A DNA stretch of 64,000 nucleotides from the human T2T-CHM13v2.0 reference genome, Homo sapiens. The position numbers and the translations under genes were made by a program. Within the stretch, counting starts at the first letter, position 1; each line of letters begins with the position of its first letter. The DNA lies in NCBI RefSeq assembly GCF_009914755.1, contig NC_060933.1; one strand, written 5' to 3'. Of the stretch, positions 1-18,430 are shown one piece after another. Below the pieces are notes generated by a model. The model was not told the DNA's origin, ran no database searches, and worked only from the letters and a program-made list of their open reading frames with translations.

Positions 1-11
1 CCAGATGACTG

Positions 12-323
12 GGTCGGGCGTGGTGGCTCACACCTGTAATCCCAGCACTTTGGGAGGCCGAGACAGGCAAATCACGAGGTCGGGAGATTGAGACCATCCT
101 GGCTAACACGGTGAAACCCCATCTCTACTAAAAATACAAAAAGTTAGCCAGGCGAGGTGGTGAGCGCCTGTAGTCCCAGCTACTTGGGAGGCTGAGGCGT
201 GAACCCGGGAGGTGGAGCTTGCAGTGAGCCGAGATGGTGCCACTGCACTCCAGCCTGGGCGACAGAGAGAGACTCCATCTCAAAAAAAAAAAAAAAAGAA
301 AGAAAGAAAAAGAGAAAAAGAAA
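12..323 (+). mobile_element. AluY-like SINE with small internal deletion in right arm
   Basis: Alu consensus with Y-type 'gagaccatcctggctaacacggtgaaa' and 'ggagcttgcagtgagccgag'; A-rich tail. Confidence 0.9.
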
Positions 324-1712
324 CCAGATGCCTGCCTCCAAAACCCATTTTTGGTCTCAGTCACAGAGCAGTGACCCTCAACCCAGCTAAGGGCTGGCCT
401 TGGGACGGTCCCCAGGCTGGGCGTTTTGGAAACAGCGTCCATTCTGGAGCCTTGTGGTGGGTGATTTTGGAGAGGCCCGGGTTTGAGCTCCAGCAGTGAA
501 TATAAATTGCTATGCGGCCTTGGGCGAGTCTCTTGACCTCTTTCAATCTCGGTTTCCTTATCTGCAAAATGAGATGTTGGGTCCTTACATCTGTGACATC
601 TTAGGACCTAAATTTAGCCCACTCCAGTTGGCCTGGATTGATAGCTGCTGGGTGAGCCCTCCCACAGCGAGGAGGCAGGAACAGCATTGAAGGGCCTGGG
701 CCTCCCAGAGAGGAAGTGAAACTGGAGGCCTCTGCCTTCTTCCACCCCCTCTCCACCCTCACACACTGCCACCTTCTGAACTAATTGAAACCCAGCCAGA
801 GTGGGCCCCCGCCAGTGACTCAGCCCCTGGCCCTATCTGATTGTCAAAGTCAATTCCTAGAAGTTGAAGAGAAGTCACTTCTCTTCTGCTGCCATTGCTA
901 CCACCTCCCACTGCAAGATGAGTTCTAATTCTGTCCTGCAACCACAGTGAGGAGGAAGGCAGTGAAGACACAAGAGGCTTTCAGGGGAAAGTCTGGGTTT
1001 GATGTGCGGAGGCTGGGCAGTGCTGGAAGGGGTGAGGGAGGAAGGGGACCGTCCTTGTCATGGTTGGAAACATGATGTGCAAAGGTGGGGAGGGGGGTGG
1101 GGGCGGGCAAGATCTCAGCTTGCCACTTATCAGCTGTGTGACCTTGGACACATTCCGTCATCTCTCTTTGCCTCAGTTGTACATCAAATAAACAGGAAAG
1201 CCCTCCTTCCCAATTTCACTTCTCAGAAGTAACTGCCGCTAGTGGTTCAGGGTTGCAGATACCAATCCAGAAGAGACAGAGAAGAAGATGGGAATTGAGA
1301 TGGAAAGTAGGTACATGGGCACAGAGCGGCTGACTCTACACACAGTGGTGGGCTCATGCTGCGCTGGATGGTGGGGACAAGGGGTAGAGTGCGGGCTCTG
1401 CTCTGAAGAACTTGGCTTTGAAGAATTTTCTATCTCCTTCACTGATCTCCAAGAGAACATAAACCCAACAAGGCAGGAATTCTGCCTGTCTTCCCCAGCA
1501 CGATACCCCCAGCACCTGGGCTTGTGCCTGGCACACAGGCACCTGAACAGAGGAACGTCAGGAGGCAGAGAAGCTAGAGACCTGGCTGCTGCCCCTTGAC
1601 TGCAAGGTAAGCTGGCAGGTACTGGACAATAGCACCTGGTACCCAGTTTCCAAGCGCAAAATGCACATGTCTGCTGCTTCACTTCTGTCTTCCAAATCTC
1701 ACTCAAAACGTC

Positions 1713-2021
<309 letters not shown>

Positions 2022-2419
2022 TGACCGACGCTACCCCAGAGCTATGCAGGGAAGGGAATCTGGGAAACATAGTTTCAGTTCAGTCAAGTTGTCACAATAC
2101 AAAGCCACCTCAGTTCAGATCATCAAGACGCCTTCAGATTGTACCGTGACAGAGAGCAGGAACGTTAGTTAACATAATCTGGGGTTTAGACAGTGACTGT
2201 GGACTGATGTCTGCCCGATGTGAATACGCACTGCTTTCATCCACCTTTCCGATGTGGATAGAAAAGAATACACTCTCCAGATCAATAGCCACATACTAAG
2301 AGCCAGAGGTGATGACAATCTGTTCAATTAAGATGCCACATCTGGCACAGCAGCTGTGATTGGTCCTACCACTTAGTTATATTTGCAGTGATTTACCATC
2401 TTCTGCCATGATCCACCAG

Positions 2420-2735
2420 GTTTTTTGTTGTTGTTTTTTTTTTGTTTTGTTTTTGGGGTAGAGTTTTGCTCTGGTTGCCCAGGCTGGAGGGCAGTGGCGT
2501 GATCTTGGCTCACTGCAACCCCCGCCTCCTGGGTTCAAGTGATTTTCCTGCCTCAGCCTCCCGAGTAGCTGGGATTACAGCCATGCGCCACCACACCCAG
2601 CTAATTTTGTATTTTTAGTAGAAATAGGGTTTCTCCGTGTTGGTCAGGCTGGTCTTGAACTCCTGACCTCAGGTGATCCACCCGCCTCAGCCTCCCAAAG
2701 TGCTGAGATTACAGGTGTGAGCCACCATGCCCAGC
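2420..2735 (-). mobile_element. AluS
   Basis: reverse Alu consensus; TSD 'accaccaggttttt'. Confidence 0.9.
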
Positions 2736-2930
2736 TACCACCAGGTTTTTACAAAGGCCCTCTTGGTGACCTAAATGGGGGTATGATAGGAACCACCACT
2801 CCTGCATCCTTTAAGTCTTTCAGGGTGGCTCTCATCTCTGCAATTGCTTCTAATATGCGGTATCACTTCTGATTTACTATCTTAGCCAGGCTGGGGCAGT
2901 CCATTCTGACATATCCACCTCTATGAGCCC

Positions 2931-3225
<295 letters not shown>

Positions 3226-5850
3226 AGCTTTTTTATTCCTTCCTTGAAACTTTGCCATGGCAGTTTCGTCATCTCCATCTCATTTGCTGTAGGCTCATTT
3301 CATGTCCAAGCCCCAAGTAGCCATCCCAGCAGCATTATAAAATGGGACCAGGGCTCCGGAGTCACAGGAGAGTGTCCCATATATCCTCATATCCATATCA
3401 CCTTATATCCTCTGTCCTCTAATATAGGATGATCACCCCCAGGGGTGTTCTCCTAGTTCCTACAAGTACACATGAGCCAGCTCCTGCACAATTCATCTCC
3501 TACTAAAGAAACTTTAGACCATGCCAAGACCTGACCCTAGTTATTGGTCTGAATAGCAGTTGGGAAAAATTGAGGATGTTGTAGAAGAATCCACATTATC
3601 CTGAGAAGCAAATCATCCACCTCAGGTGAGGCTTTGCATTGTCTCCCACCAAGGGGAGGCTGCTCTTCTCTAGCAAAGAGGATGGGAGATCACTTCTACC
3701 AGTCCAGACTTTCAGGGGAATCTGAGGGTCCGGTTTAACAGGAATACCCACACAAATGTTCCCCTCCTAGGTTTCAGGGTCCCAGTCTTTCCCTACTGGC
3801 TCTCTGATTTCAGCATAGAAGTCTTTCTGGAGTAGTGAATTTAGCCCCCTGTGTACTGCCACTACTCTTGCAATCAGATCTTAGGTCTGATTTTCAGCAC
3901 AGTCTGCCTTCTGGCTTCAGGAGTTAATGGTCTATTTCAGCACCACCCTGTGAGCCTTCCGGCTTTCACACTGGGACATAAATTGATAGTTGGCTAATCT
4001 GAGCCTGCCATTTTCTTTGTTTAGGGCTTTAATTGCAGTTAACTTCAGCCAAACAACTCTGCAATCCTTACAGTTACCATTGCCCCCCTATCTCTCAAGT
4101 GATAGAGATATACCACTGTGTTTCCTTCCACCTACAAATCTTCCCAATCCAATCAGGTGACAGCCTTAGCAAGACTGAGGCTACAGCACACCAGGGGTTA
4201 CCACCACTTCACTTACCACCAGAAATGTGGTTTTTATTGCCATCTTGACTGTGAGTGATTGCGTCCAAGAAGCCTATCTTGAGAATCTACTTCCCAGGAC
4301 CATTTGCAATACCAACTGTCTCAGGTTATGTTCCCCTAGAAGCAGATCCTGAGACAAGGATTAAGTGTAGGCAGCTAGTTTATTTTAGAGCTGATCTCAG
4401 GAAATAACAATAGGGAAATGGGGAAGCAACACAAAGAAGGAAAAGCAATAAAGTATATGTGTTAATAAGCAGGCTCCCACTATGGGCAACTAAGGCTCCA
4501 TGTCACCAGGGAACTGTCAGAGTAGAACATGCCGTAGAGCTGTCCTACTCAAGGGGAAAGGAAGCTGGTATATTTGTCCTTCCACTCCTGTGCACCCTTG
4601 GCTGAATGCTATTCCTGAGGGTGTTAACAACCCCATGCTTCTGGCCTCAGCCAACCAACTCTGCAATATGGTGAAGAGGAAGCACTCAGGCAGAAAATCA
4701 ATCACAGGTGCTTGTGCAGGACACCATCTGCATGTACCAGAAAATCAAGTACCCAGGGGATCTGGGTGGGGCACTGACTGCAGCAACAGGTCTATTGAGA
4801 GTACAAGATATACATGCATTGCAATTACTAAAGAATAAAAAGAGCGAAGTTACTGAAAGCTTACTATGTTTAAGCATTTTACATGCTGTTAACTCCTTTC
4901 ATCTTCACAATAACCCTGTTAGTTGACTACTATTAGGATCCCCATTTTACAGGTGAGGAAAATGAGACACGGAGGTACTAAGACATGGAGATACTTGCCC
5001 AACATCCCACAGCAAGTAAATCACTATTCTTCAAGCTCCATGAGGGCTGTTGACTCTTCACCAATGTGTATTTGGTGATTTTGTTCACCAATGTATATTT
5101 AATAGACATTTAATGTATCTTTGCTACGTAAAATGTATATTTACAATGTATATTTAACAGATTAAATGAATGATGAGATTATCTCGTATGTACACAATGA
5201 GCTCCTCGAGGACCGGAACTGGATCTTTTGGTCTTGGTATTCAGAGCACCTAGCACTCAATGAGAATTTATTGAATAAATGAGTGAATGACTTAGGTAGG
5301 GGCTGAGAACTGGAAGTCTCTTCCTCTGCCACAAATAACTGTGGGAGCTTGGCTAAGTCACCTCCCTGGCTTGGCTTCAGTTCCCCACTCTAGAAACATG
5401 CCACACCACACTTGCCTCGTACCCTTGCAGACCCTTGCTCAAGTACCACCACTGCCATAATTCTTGGACTCTCATTGGCACTGCCAGTCCATTGGCCCCA
5501 CCTCTTCTCACTATCCATTGGTCCCCTCCTGGCTTCCTTCCTCTACTTGAGTGATTCAATTTCACCCCATCATCTTCCCGGTGGTGTGTGAGTTTCCTAC
5601 GGCAGATGTAACAAATTACCAGAAACTGCATGGCTTCAAGCAAAAGAGTCTATTCTCTCACTGTTCTGGAGGCCAGAAGTCTGAAATCAAGGCGGCAGCA
5701 GGGCCGAACTCCCTGTGAAGTCTCTAGAGGAGAACCTTCCTCATCTCTTCCAACTTCTGGCTCCAGGTGTACCTCGGCCTGGGGCTGCATAACTACAGTC
5801 TCTCCTCCATCTTTACATGATCTTTTCCTCCTCTGTGTCTTGTCTTCTTC

Positions 5851-5874
5851 TTTTTTTTTTTTTTTGTGGTTGTT

Positions 5875-5905
<31 letters not shown>

Positions 5906-6192
5906 GTTTAGAGGGAGTCTCTCTCTGTTGCTCAGGCTACAGTGCAGTGGTGCCATCTCGGCTTACTGCAACCTCTGCCTCCTGGGTTCAAGCAATTCTC
6001 GTGCCTCGGCCTCCTGAGTCTCTGGGATTACAAGCACCCACCACCACACCCAGCTAATTTTTTGTATTTTTTAGTAGAGTCGGGGTTTCGTCAAGTTGGC
6101 CAGGCTGGTCTTGAACACCGGACCTCAAGTGGACCCACCTGTCTTGGCCTCCCAAAGTGCTAGGATTACAGACTTGAGCCACCTCGTCCGGC
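5851..6192 (-). mobile_element. AluS with (TTTTG)n tail
   Basis: reverse Alu consensus. Confidence 0.9.
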
Positions 6193-6256
6193 TGTCTTCT
6201 ATCTTTATAAGGACACTGTCATTGGATTCAGGGTCTACAGGAATAATCCAGGATGA

Positions 6257-6667
<411 letters not shown>

Positions 6668-7175
6668 TAAAGCTACATTCACAGGTTCTGGGGGGTTTGG
6701 CTATGGACATATATCTTTGAGGGCACCATTCAATTTACTACACCCGGTGACTTCCTGACTCTATGTGCCTGTGCCACCCCACCCAAGTGAGTATCACTGG
6801 AGAAAATCACACAGCTAAGCTTCCGGGTTTCACTCTAAATTCATGACCACAGACCTCAAATGGGCACCTCAAGCTGCCCCACAGAGCCTCCTGTGTTTCT
6901 CTTTTCTGGAGTAAGCATTTCCTATCTTTTCACTTTTCAAATGTATCACCCCCTTGCCACCCCATCTCTCTCAATAGGTAACCATGCCCCAAACACCACT
7001 GATGGAACAGATGCTCAAGAGGCGTGACTGCCTTCTTGGTCTTGCCCCATCCCTGTGAACCTATCTCATCTGCCTTGGTCTTTGTGTCCTCCTTCCTGGC
7101 ATCCAGAGGCCATGTCCCTTCTCTTCCCAGAGGCCAATGCCATGACTTGTGCTCTGAATCCCATTCCTTCTCGCC

Positions 7176-7482
7176 TTTTGTTTTTTGGTTGTTTGTTTGT
7201 TTGTTTGTTTGTTTGAGACACAGTCACTCTGTAGCCCATGCCTGTGTCATGCAGTGGTGCGATCTCGGCTTGCTGCAACCTCTGCCTCCTGGGTTCAAGC
7301 GATTCTCCTACCTCAGCCTCCCAAGTAACTGGGACTATGAGCGCATGCCACCACGTCCGGACAATTTTTGTATTTTTGGTAGAGACTGTCTCTACCAGTC
7401 TTGAACTCCTGACCACCTGATCCGCCCACCTCAGCTTCCTGAAGTGCTGGGATTACAGGAGTGAGCCGCTGCATCCACCCCG
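7176..7482 (-). mobile_element. AluS, internally deleted
   Basis: reverse Alu consensus with missing left-arm segment. Confidence 0.85.
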
Positions 7483-8293
7483 CTTCTTGCCTTTTTAAGG
7501 GCTTGAATCCTATTGTGTGTTCCTGATCAGTACCTCCCTCTCCTGTTAGCCCACAGACCTGCTCCGGGGTGTTGCATCTTGAAAACTCCTCCCACCTTGG
7601 GCCCTTCCCCTCCCTTCCTCCTCCCATTATCTTTGTAGAGCTGCCTCTGACTCCTCACCTCCCATCTTCCTTTCGTTAGCCCAACCCTATTGCCTCTATT
7701 CCTCTGAACGGAGTCCTAGGGCTCCCGGGAGGCCCTGTAGGAGTAAAGGCAGGAGGTAAGGGGCTCCAGGCCCTCCACTTCTCTCCAGCCTCAGCAGCAG
7801 AACACTCATCTGTTCAAACTAGGCTATTCCGGCCCCAGCCACCGAGACCCCCTGTTCTATCACTCCGAATGGAATCTCAGCCTCTCTTCCTTTTGAGGCT
7901 TTGTTTTGGGGATGCACTTCTTGATTCTTAGTTTGGGCCTAATTTCAGCCAGTTCAAACTGGTTTGAGCTGAATTAGGACAAATACAACCAGCCACTGCC
8001 AGCTTCAAATGGTTTGAATCAGCTAGATCAGTTGACCAGTTCACTGAGCTCAGATGGATTTCAGTGATCCATTGTGGCTAAAATCAGGCCAACCCAGAGA
8101 GTTGAGAACGGGCCCAGTTAGAGAGACCCCATGACAGGATGGAGCTGGAGTCACTTCCAAACCTGTTTGCTGGTTTCATCTAGTTTGCTCTGGTCATAAT
8201 GAGCTTTTGAAGTGTCTTGGGGGTGGAGGGGGACACCATAAATTTACGCTTGGAAAAAAATTTCAAAGTGTTTGGAAACCACTGGGCGAATAA

Positions 8294-8681
<388 letters not shown>

Positions 8682-8739
8682 TAAGTTTTAGAGCTTTCAT
8701 TTTTCATTTTTTCACTTTAATTTTTATTTTTAAACACTT

Positions 8740-9925
<1,186 letters not shown>

Positions 9926-9938
9926 CTGTCTGACTTTA

Positions 9939-10532
<594 letters not shown>

Positions 10533-11609
10533 CTAATCATTTTTTTTGTTGCTCCTTTTCTCCCTTTGACATAACAAACCAGTTTGTTTTCCGATCTGAT
10601 TGTTCTCAAAGGAATGTCCTTTCCTTCTCCGTTACTCTCGGTTTAATTGGAATAGTCCTCTGACTCAGGAATGACCTACTTTTGGCTAATAAAGAAACCT
10701 CTCCACCCCCACAAACGCTGTCCTGTGAGTCCCCTTCCTCATCCATTCGCATCCCTGGACTCACTTGGAAACAGCTCCTGGTTGTGGAGAAACAAACATC
10801 TTCAAGTGGATAAATCTCTTTATCTTGTGAGACCTTCTCCCATGTGTGTGTCCTGTGATTGTGGGGTCCCTGGGGAGACCCAGGATCAGGGCAGGCACAT
10901 CGGGATGTGTTGCAGGCAGCAACCACCGTGGGTGGTTTTCTTTATGGTCCACCATGTTCGTGGGCAATAGAGCTGAAGTTCACAGGGTCACGCCACCCTG
11001 GATCCAAAGGAAAACACAACCAGAAAAGAGACGGGGCCCACCCATGCCAACAGCTCAGCCAGGCCCAGTCAGTACCCCCTAGTGGCCTCCCCTTCCTTCC
11101 CCATCCTGGCCCATTCCCTCCATCTCCAAGCCCCCTTAAGTACCAATAATGGAAGTGCTTACCAGGCCCCGCAACAATTCACCCTTATCTTTTATTTATA
11201 GCTGACAAAGCTCCAAGCAGGAAAAATATAATCACACTTTAAATAATGGAAGTTGTAGGTATTAGAGCTACACGGGCAGTTACTGGAGTTGCAGCGATGT
11301 CTCCCTGCAGACCTGACGGGGCGCATGCCGACTGCATTTTTAATTTTTAAAACATATTTCTTCCCAAATTATTCCACGTTACCGAGGAGCCACATTTATG
11401 GGGGTGATAAATTACTGTAATAAAGTGCCTCTTCCTCAAATATATAGGAGGAAGGCACGTTGAGCACAGCCCAGCACAGGCAGCCCCGAGAGAGTGGCGA
11501 GAAGTCCCACTGCCTCCCTCCTCGCTTTAATTATTTGGCTGATGTGTCCTACATTTTTAATACAGTCACAAGTTTTCTTTAAGCAAAGAATTCGAACCGG
11601 TAACTAATT

Positions 11610-12030
11610 TGTATTTGTGTGTGCCGGTGCCTGGGAAGACATACGTATGTGAGTGTCTGTGTGTGTACCCTTGGGCAGTGAGACATGCGTGATTGCAAAC
11701 CAATGTAATGTGCGTGTGTGAGCATGTCTGCAAATATGCATGCATGTTTGCATGTGCAAGTGTAGGGAGGCAGCTTGTGGATGCCCGGATATGAGCCACA
11801 CGTGTGGATGCCCAGGAGTATGAAAAGATCCCTGACTGTATGGGGCATGCACGTATGAGCACATTTACGTGGATATATGTGCATTAGCTAAACACGCATT
11901 TTTGTGTAGACCTGTGTGCACCGTACACATAGCGTGCATGGATTTGTGCGTGTCAGAGCACACTAGTGTGGACGTATGTGTTCGGGCACGTTTTTCTAGG
12001 CTGATCTGCCTTCTTGCAGACCTTTGTGTG
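11610..12030. repeat. TG-rich low-complexity tract
   Basis: degenerate (TG)/(TGCA) composition. Confidence 0.7.
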
Positions 12031-13994
12031 CCTTTGAATCTTTTCTTCTGCATTGAACCACCTCCCCTTCTGTCTTCCCTCCTTCCCCAAACAGTGAAGC
12101 ACTGAGGTTAAGCCAGAGGCTCTGAGGTCAGACTGACTGGGTTCAAATCTCAGCTCTGCCTCTTATGAGCTATATAATCTCAAGCAAAGCATCTGGTGCC
12201 TCAGTTTACCCATCTATAAAATGGGGTTCATATGAAGAGTAGTTACCTCATAGGGCTGCTGGGAAGATGAATGGGTTTAATACACAGAAAGTGCCGGATG
12301 TGTAGTGAGCACAAAGCACTTCCTCCTTCCTGTTGGACATAGCACACGCTTCCTTGGGAAGTTACATGCTAGAGAGAGCCAAGGGTGGGGAAGCCACGAC
12401 CCTGTGAGGCAGTGGTCTAGCTCGGCACCTACCCTCCTCCTGCCCCAGCTCATCTGGTGGGAGGAGAGCCATGGGGGAGGGAGGGTGAGCACTCAGCTAC
12501 GCGAGTTTGTGGATGCTCGAGGGCAAGGCTGTGCCCAGTTCATCTCTGCTCCCCTGGCCCCAGCACAGGGTCCGGCAGAGTGGGCACCATGGGCATTTGC
12601 CATCTGGACAAAAATGTGAACATGTGAATGGGAGGGGAGATGGGGTAGAAGATGGGTGTCGGTGGCTTATTTGGGAGACGGTGATCACAGGAAGTAGGAG
12701 AGAGAGAGTGGGGACAGTGGGGCAGGGAAGAGAGAAAAGCCAATAAGGGTCTTCCTGTGCAAATGAGCAGGTCCCTGGGTGGGCGCACGGGGCTCAGTTC
12801 CACTGGGGCCCCGCCAAGGGTCTTCACTGCCCGCCGCCCCTCCCTGGGGGAGGGCCTCCCCTGGGGACTTTTGCAGCCCTGACATTTCTGGGTTACCCTG
12901 TGTGAACTTGATCGCTGGGAGCTCCTGTGGTGCCGGAGAAAGCCCAGGCAGGGGACTAGGGGTGAGAACATGTAGTGGGGACAGTCCACTGCAGGGCAGG
13001 GAACTCAAAGGTGCTCCAAGGAGATATGGGCGGTACATCAACAGAAGCTGCTACAGGGCCATGTTGAACATCCAGACCCACAGACAGACCTGAGGGTGGA
13101 CACATCTGCCTGTGGACGGCGGACACGTGTACTACTCCTGGCCACATGCCAGATTCACAAACTCAGGGCTCCTTTCCCTTCCCCACAAACATCCCCCAAC
13201 CTCCTTGATTCTGCATGTGCTGCTCCTCCTGCCTGGAAAGGCCTTCAGCTACAACCAACCTGAAAAATTCCTTTAGGTGCCTGTTTGGGCTCCACTCAAA
13301 TACCATCTTGTGCACCAAGCTTTCCAGTCAAAAGGAATCCCTTCCTCCCCCCCAGTCCCTGGGGGCTTCCCTTGAACCCCAAACATGACCCTTACTGGCA
13401 GCCATCTGGTGTTACAACAACATAGATGCTGACACATCTGTCCCCCACCAGCCATGGGCTCCTCAAGAACAAAGAGCATGTCTGTGTCACAGCTGTACCC
13501 CCAGTGCCCAACACAGAGCCCAGCGTGGATGCGGTGCCTCAGTTTCCTCACATGAATCATGGGGGGATAATGGCATCCACTTCATCCTGTCCTGGGGAGG
13601 GTCTGATGAGTGAATGTGTTTAGACTGCTATACTTGGAGCAATGCCTGGCACTAGGGAAGCATCGGACACATGTTATTCTCATCAATATGGTTCTGAATG
13701 GACTTGGAAGACCCAAGTGAAAGCAGTGCCAGCTTCTATGGGGCACCTACAACTGCCCTGTGTCACCCTGTTTTACAGATGAGGACACTGAGGCCCGGGA
13801 AGGGTCACACAGCTAGACAGGGCACAGCCAGGACCTGAGTCCAGGTCTGTGACCACAGTGCCTGTGTCCTCTCCTGCACCATGCTGCTGCAGGCCCTCTC
13901 TGTCTCTCTGTCTCTCTCTGTCTCTCTTTCTGCCTCCCTGACGTTCTCCCCACCCAGGGGTAGCTCTCCAGAGGCTGTCGCAGGTAGTGGATGA

Positions 13995-14275
<281 letters not shown>

Positions 14276-15353
14276 GACATTGATTTTTAACAAACGTGGG
14301 TTCAAATCCTGGTCTGCCATTCACCAGCTATGTGACCGTGTTGGGCCTGTGGCATCCGCTCCCTGAGCCTCAGTTTCTCCACCGTCTCCTGAGGACTTGA
14401 GGACACTGTCTAAAGGCAGGTTTGCCATAGCACTGTGAAAGCATCGGCTTTGGGGCTCCTCACTTGCACAGGCCCTTTTGGAATACAAATTCACTTTCAT
14501 AGGTAAGTTTGAATTTGATTCTTTTGTCTTCAGGCTCCCCACTCCAGTCTACCCCAAGACTCTCTCTCAGATCCTTCTAGCTGGGATGAAAGACCAGGGG
14601 CAGGGTGGCAGAGCACCCATGTTTACCCCACTCCCATACTCTGCCCAGAGGTCGGGGCCTGTCCACCGTTGGGCCTCATGTCACAGATGGGGACATGGCC
14701 TGGCAGGGCGAAGGGACTTCAGGAGATCATACAGTAAGTTAGTGTCACAGCCGGACTTGGAGCCACATCTCCCAGCTTCAAGGCTCCCTGTTGTGCTGTG
14801 GGGAAGGGGTGCACAGGGCTGGCCCGGGGACAGGGCCTGTTCCTCACTTATGAGTGCCGTGGGCTGGGGCTCAGAGGGTGACTTGGTGCCTTGTAAGGGG
14901 GCCAGGGGCAGCTGTGGGTGGGGGTGTCCGGGGATTACTGCTAAAATAAGTAGCAGCTTCCTCTGAAACGCCTCTGTGGTCTGTGGAGGGGAAGGAAGTG
15001 GAGGACCGGAAACAGGGGAGGCAGAGAGGTGAGAGGCTGAAACTTCTGCCAGCATAGCAGAGACCAAGCTGGGCACCCCCCACCCACCCAGACACAACAG
15101 TTGGCCTCTGCCAGGCTGCAGCCTTGGGGCTGCAACCAGGAGGGCCTGGGAAGCTCAGGCCCAGCCCTAATATGGCCACCCAGAGGCTAGAGAATCCCTC
15201 TAGGTTGCTCCTGGCTGGCTGGGCTTCTTCCCTTCCTCAAGACACCAGTCACTTCATGCACCATTCTCTTTGCCTGGAATGCCCTTCTCTACATTTTCCT
15301 TTAGGGCCCAACACCAATGTCACCTCTTCTGGGAAGCCTTCCCTGACCACCCA

Positions 15354-15423
<70 letters not shown>
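15354..15423. repeat. Compound microsatellite (CA)n(GA)n
   Basis: direct reading: ~22 CA followed by ~12 GA. Confidence 0.97.
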
Positions 15424-16410
15424 GCAGGACAAGACAGCCACAGACCTTCATCATGAATAGTGGCATTCACTGTGACAGTGGCGTTCATCCAGTGCTTCAT
15501 GTTTATGAACTGCTCTGCATGGATGATCTCATTGAATGTTTACAAAAACACAATGTGTGGTTCTATCAATAGCTTCATGTTACAGACGAGTGAACCAAGG
15601 CTCAGAGATGAGCAACTTCCCCAAGGTGGCATAGTCAGAAAATGGCTGAGTGGGGAGTGTGACCCAGGTCTGACTCCACAGCTAGGTCATTGAACCATGC
15701 ACTATCCTCTGAGACTGGGATGGGATCAGTGTTGTGCAACTTGCCTGCTCCAAGGAGGCTGCATTGTGACCCTAGCAAAGCTTCATTTTCAGCCTTGCCC
15801 TTCCCAGCACCCCTGGAGTAGCTGGGAGCTATAGAGTACTCTAGGGAGAGAGGGAAACCAGCTTGTAATGAGGAAGCATTTCCATGTAAACATTTCTGGT
15901 AAACTGTGTGAAGGGATCTCAGAAGTATCTCCAAGCCCTTGATACTGTCTTGGGTTTTGTTTTCTCCTTCTAAATAAATGCTTTTGAATCTAATTTTGTA
16001 TTCTGTTTCTACAGATGGGGCTTCCAAAATTGAAAAGCTTCAGACTTCACAAATCCTAGGTCCACCCTGCGGTGCCCTGTGACTTAACCACAACCACTGC
16101 ACTGCCTGGGCTTCCCCAGCCCTCTCCAAGGCCCGCTTTCACTGTACCGGGGTTTTCTATTTATGGATCCGCCCTGCTACCCGCCACTCCCACAACCCCC
16201 ACCCATAGATGGGCCATGAGCTCCTCATGGGCAGAGGGCGAGCCCTGGTTTCTTGGTACCCTAGGGACTGCTTGGTATATAGAAGCCCAGGACAGATTTG
16301 TTACATGAGGGAATAAAGGAGTAAATGAATGAGTGAATGAATGAATATGGGTCCCTTCAATGCCATCAGGAAGTATGAGAGATACAACTCCAGCTTTAAA
16401 ACTCCAGGTC

Positions 16411-16697
<287 letters not shown>

Positions 16698-17829
16698 CTC
16701 AAGGTCCATCTCCCTGTGTGCCAACCCTGCATGGGTGTTGAGGGTGACTGACAATTTGGACAGGGTTCAGCTGAAGCCAGTCTCTAGCAAGGAGGCCCAA
16801 AGCCCCTCCGGTCACTCTGCTCCCTACAGAGGCAGCACTCTAGGCCCCAGGCCTGGACCTCAAGGCTGCAGCAGGGCCCCTGGCCGCCCCCTATAGCCTT
16901 GGAAGCCCCTGAGAAGAGGCCCTTCAGTGCAGCTGCAGCAGGTCAGACGCCTCCTCTGGAGAAGAAGGAAGTGAAAGTGCTGTGGTGGGTGAGTCATCGG
17001 AGTGTCCCTCTGGACGGATTGATGCCATGAGTGGCATAAGAGGGACAGGCTGGGAGGGAAGAGACACCAGGGTTAGGAGCCCTTTTAGTATCCTCCAGGA
17101 AGGCCCCACCTCACCTCCCAGCCCCTCCCAGACACAGGGGTCTTCAGCTTGGAGAAGAGAATGCCTTGGAGATGCCATCTTTGTCCTAGTCTCTGAAGTG
17201 GGTAGAAATTAGACAAGGTCCACAGCAGAGGGGGAAGATGGAGTCAGATGGGGAGGTCACAGAGGCTAACTGGTTGCCACCAGGGCCAGGCTCTGGTGGG
17301 CTGGCTGCTGCCTGGCAGTAGTGATGGCCAACAGCAAGTAGGGTGGTCTCCTGCCATGGGTCAGGATGTGGATTCTGGATTTGAACCTCATGTCCTCAAA
17401 CCCCAGCTCTGCCCCTCATGAGCTGCAGGATCCCAGGCAAGTGGCTTCCCCTCTCCTTCCTCTGCTGTCGAGTGAGATCATAGCACTTAATGCATAGGAT
17501 GAGCAGGGCATGATTAGATACATTACTGTATGTAAAGTGCATAGAAGAGTGCCCGTTCCCAGGAAACCCACAATAAACAGTAACTACTGTATCAGGCAGC
17601 ATCTCATCAGGAAGCCTGAAATGCCCTAGGTTTTGAACAGAAGGGATTTAATACAGGGGCTTGTCTTCCAATGGAAGGACTGAGAAACAAAACAGGGAAT
17701 GGTGCAGCCGCCCAGGGATAGGACTTTGCAGTCATATTCTACTTCCTACTGATGCTCGTCCTCAACCTAGTTGCTTTATGTCTCAGAGCTTCAGTATTTT
17801 CACATGTAAAAATGGGAATAAAAAGGACC

Positions 17830-18430
<601 letters not shown>

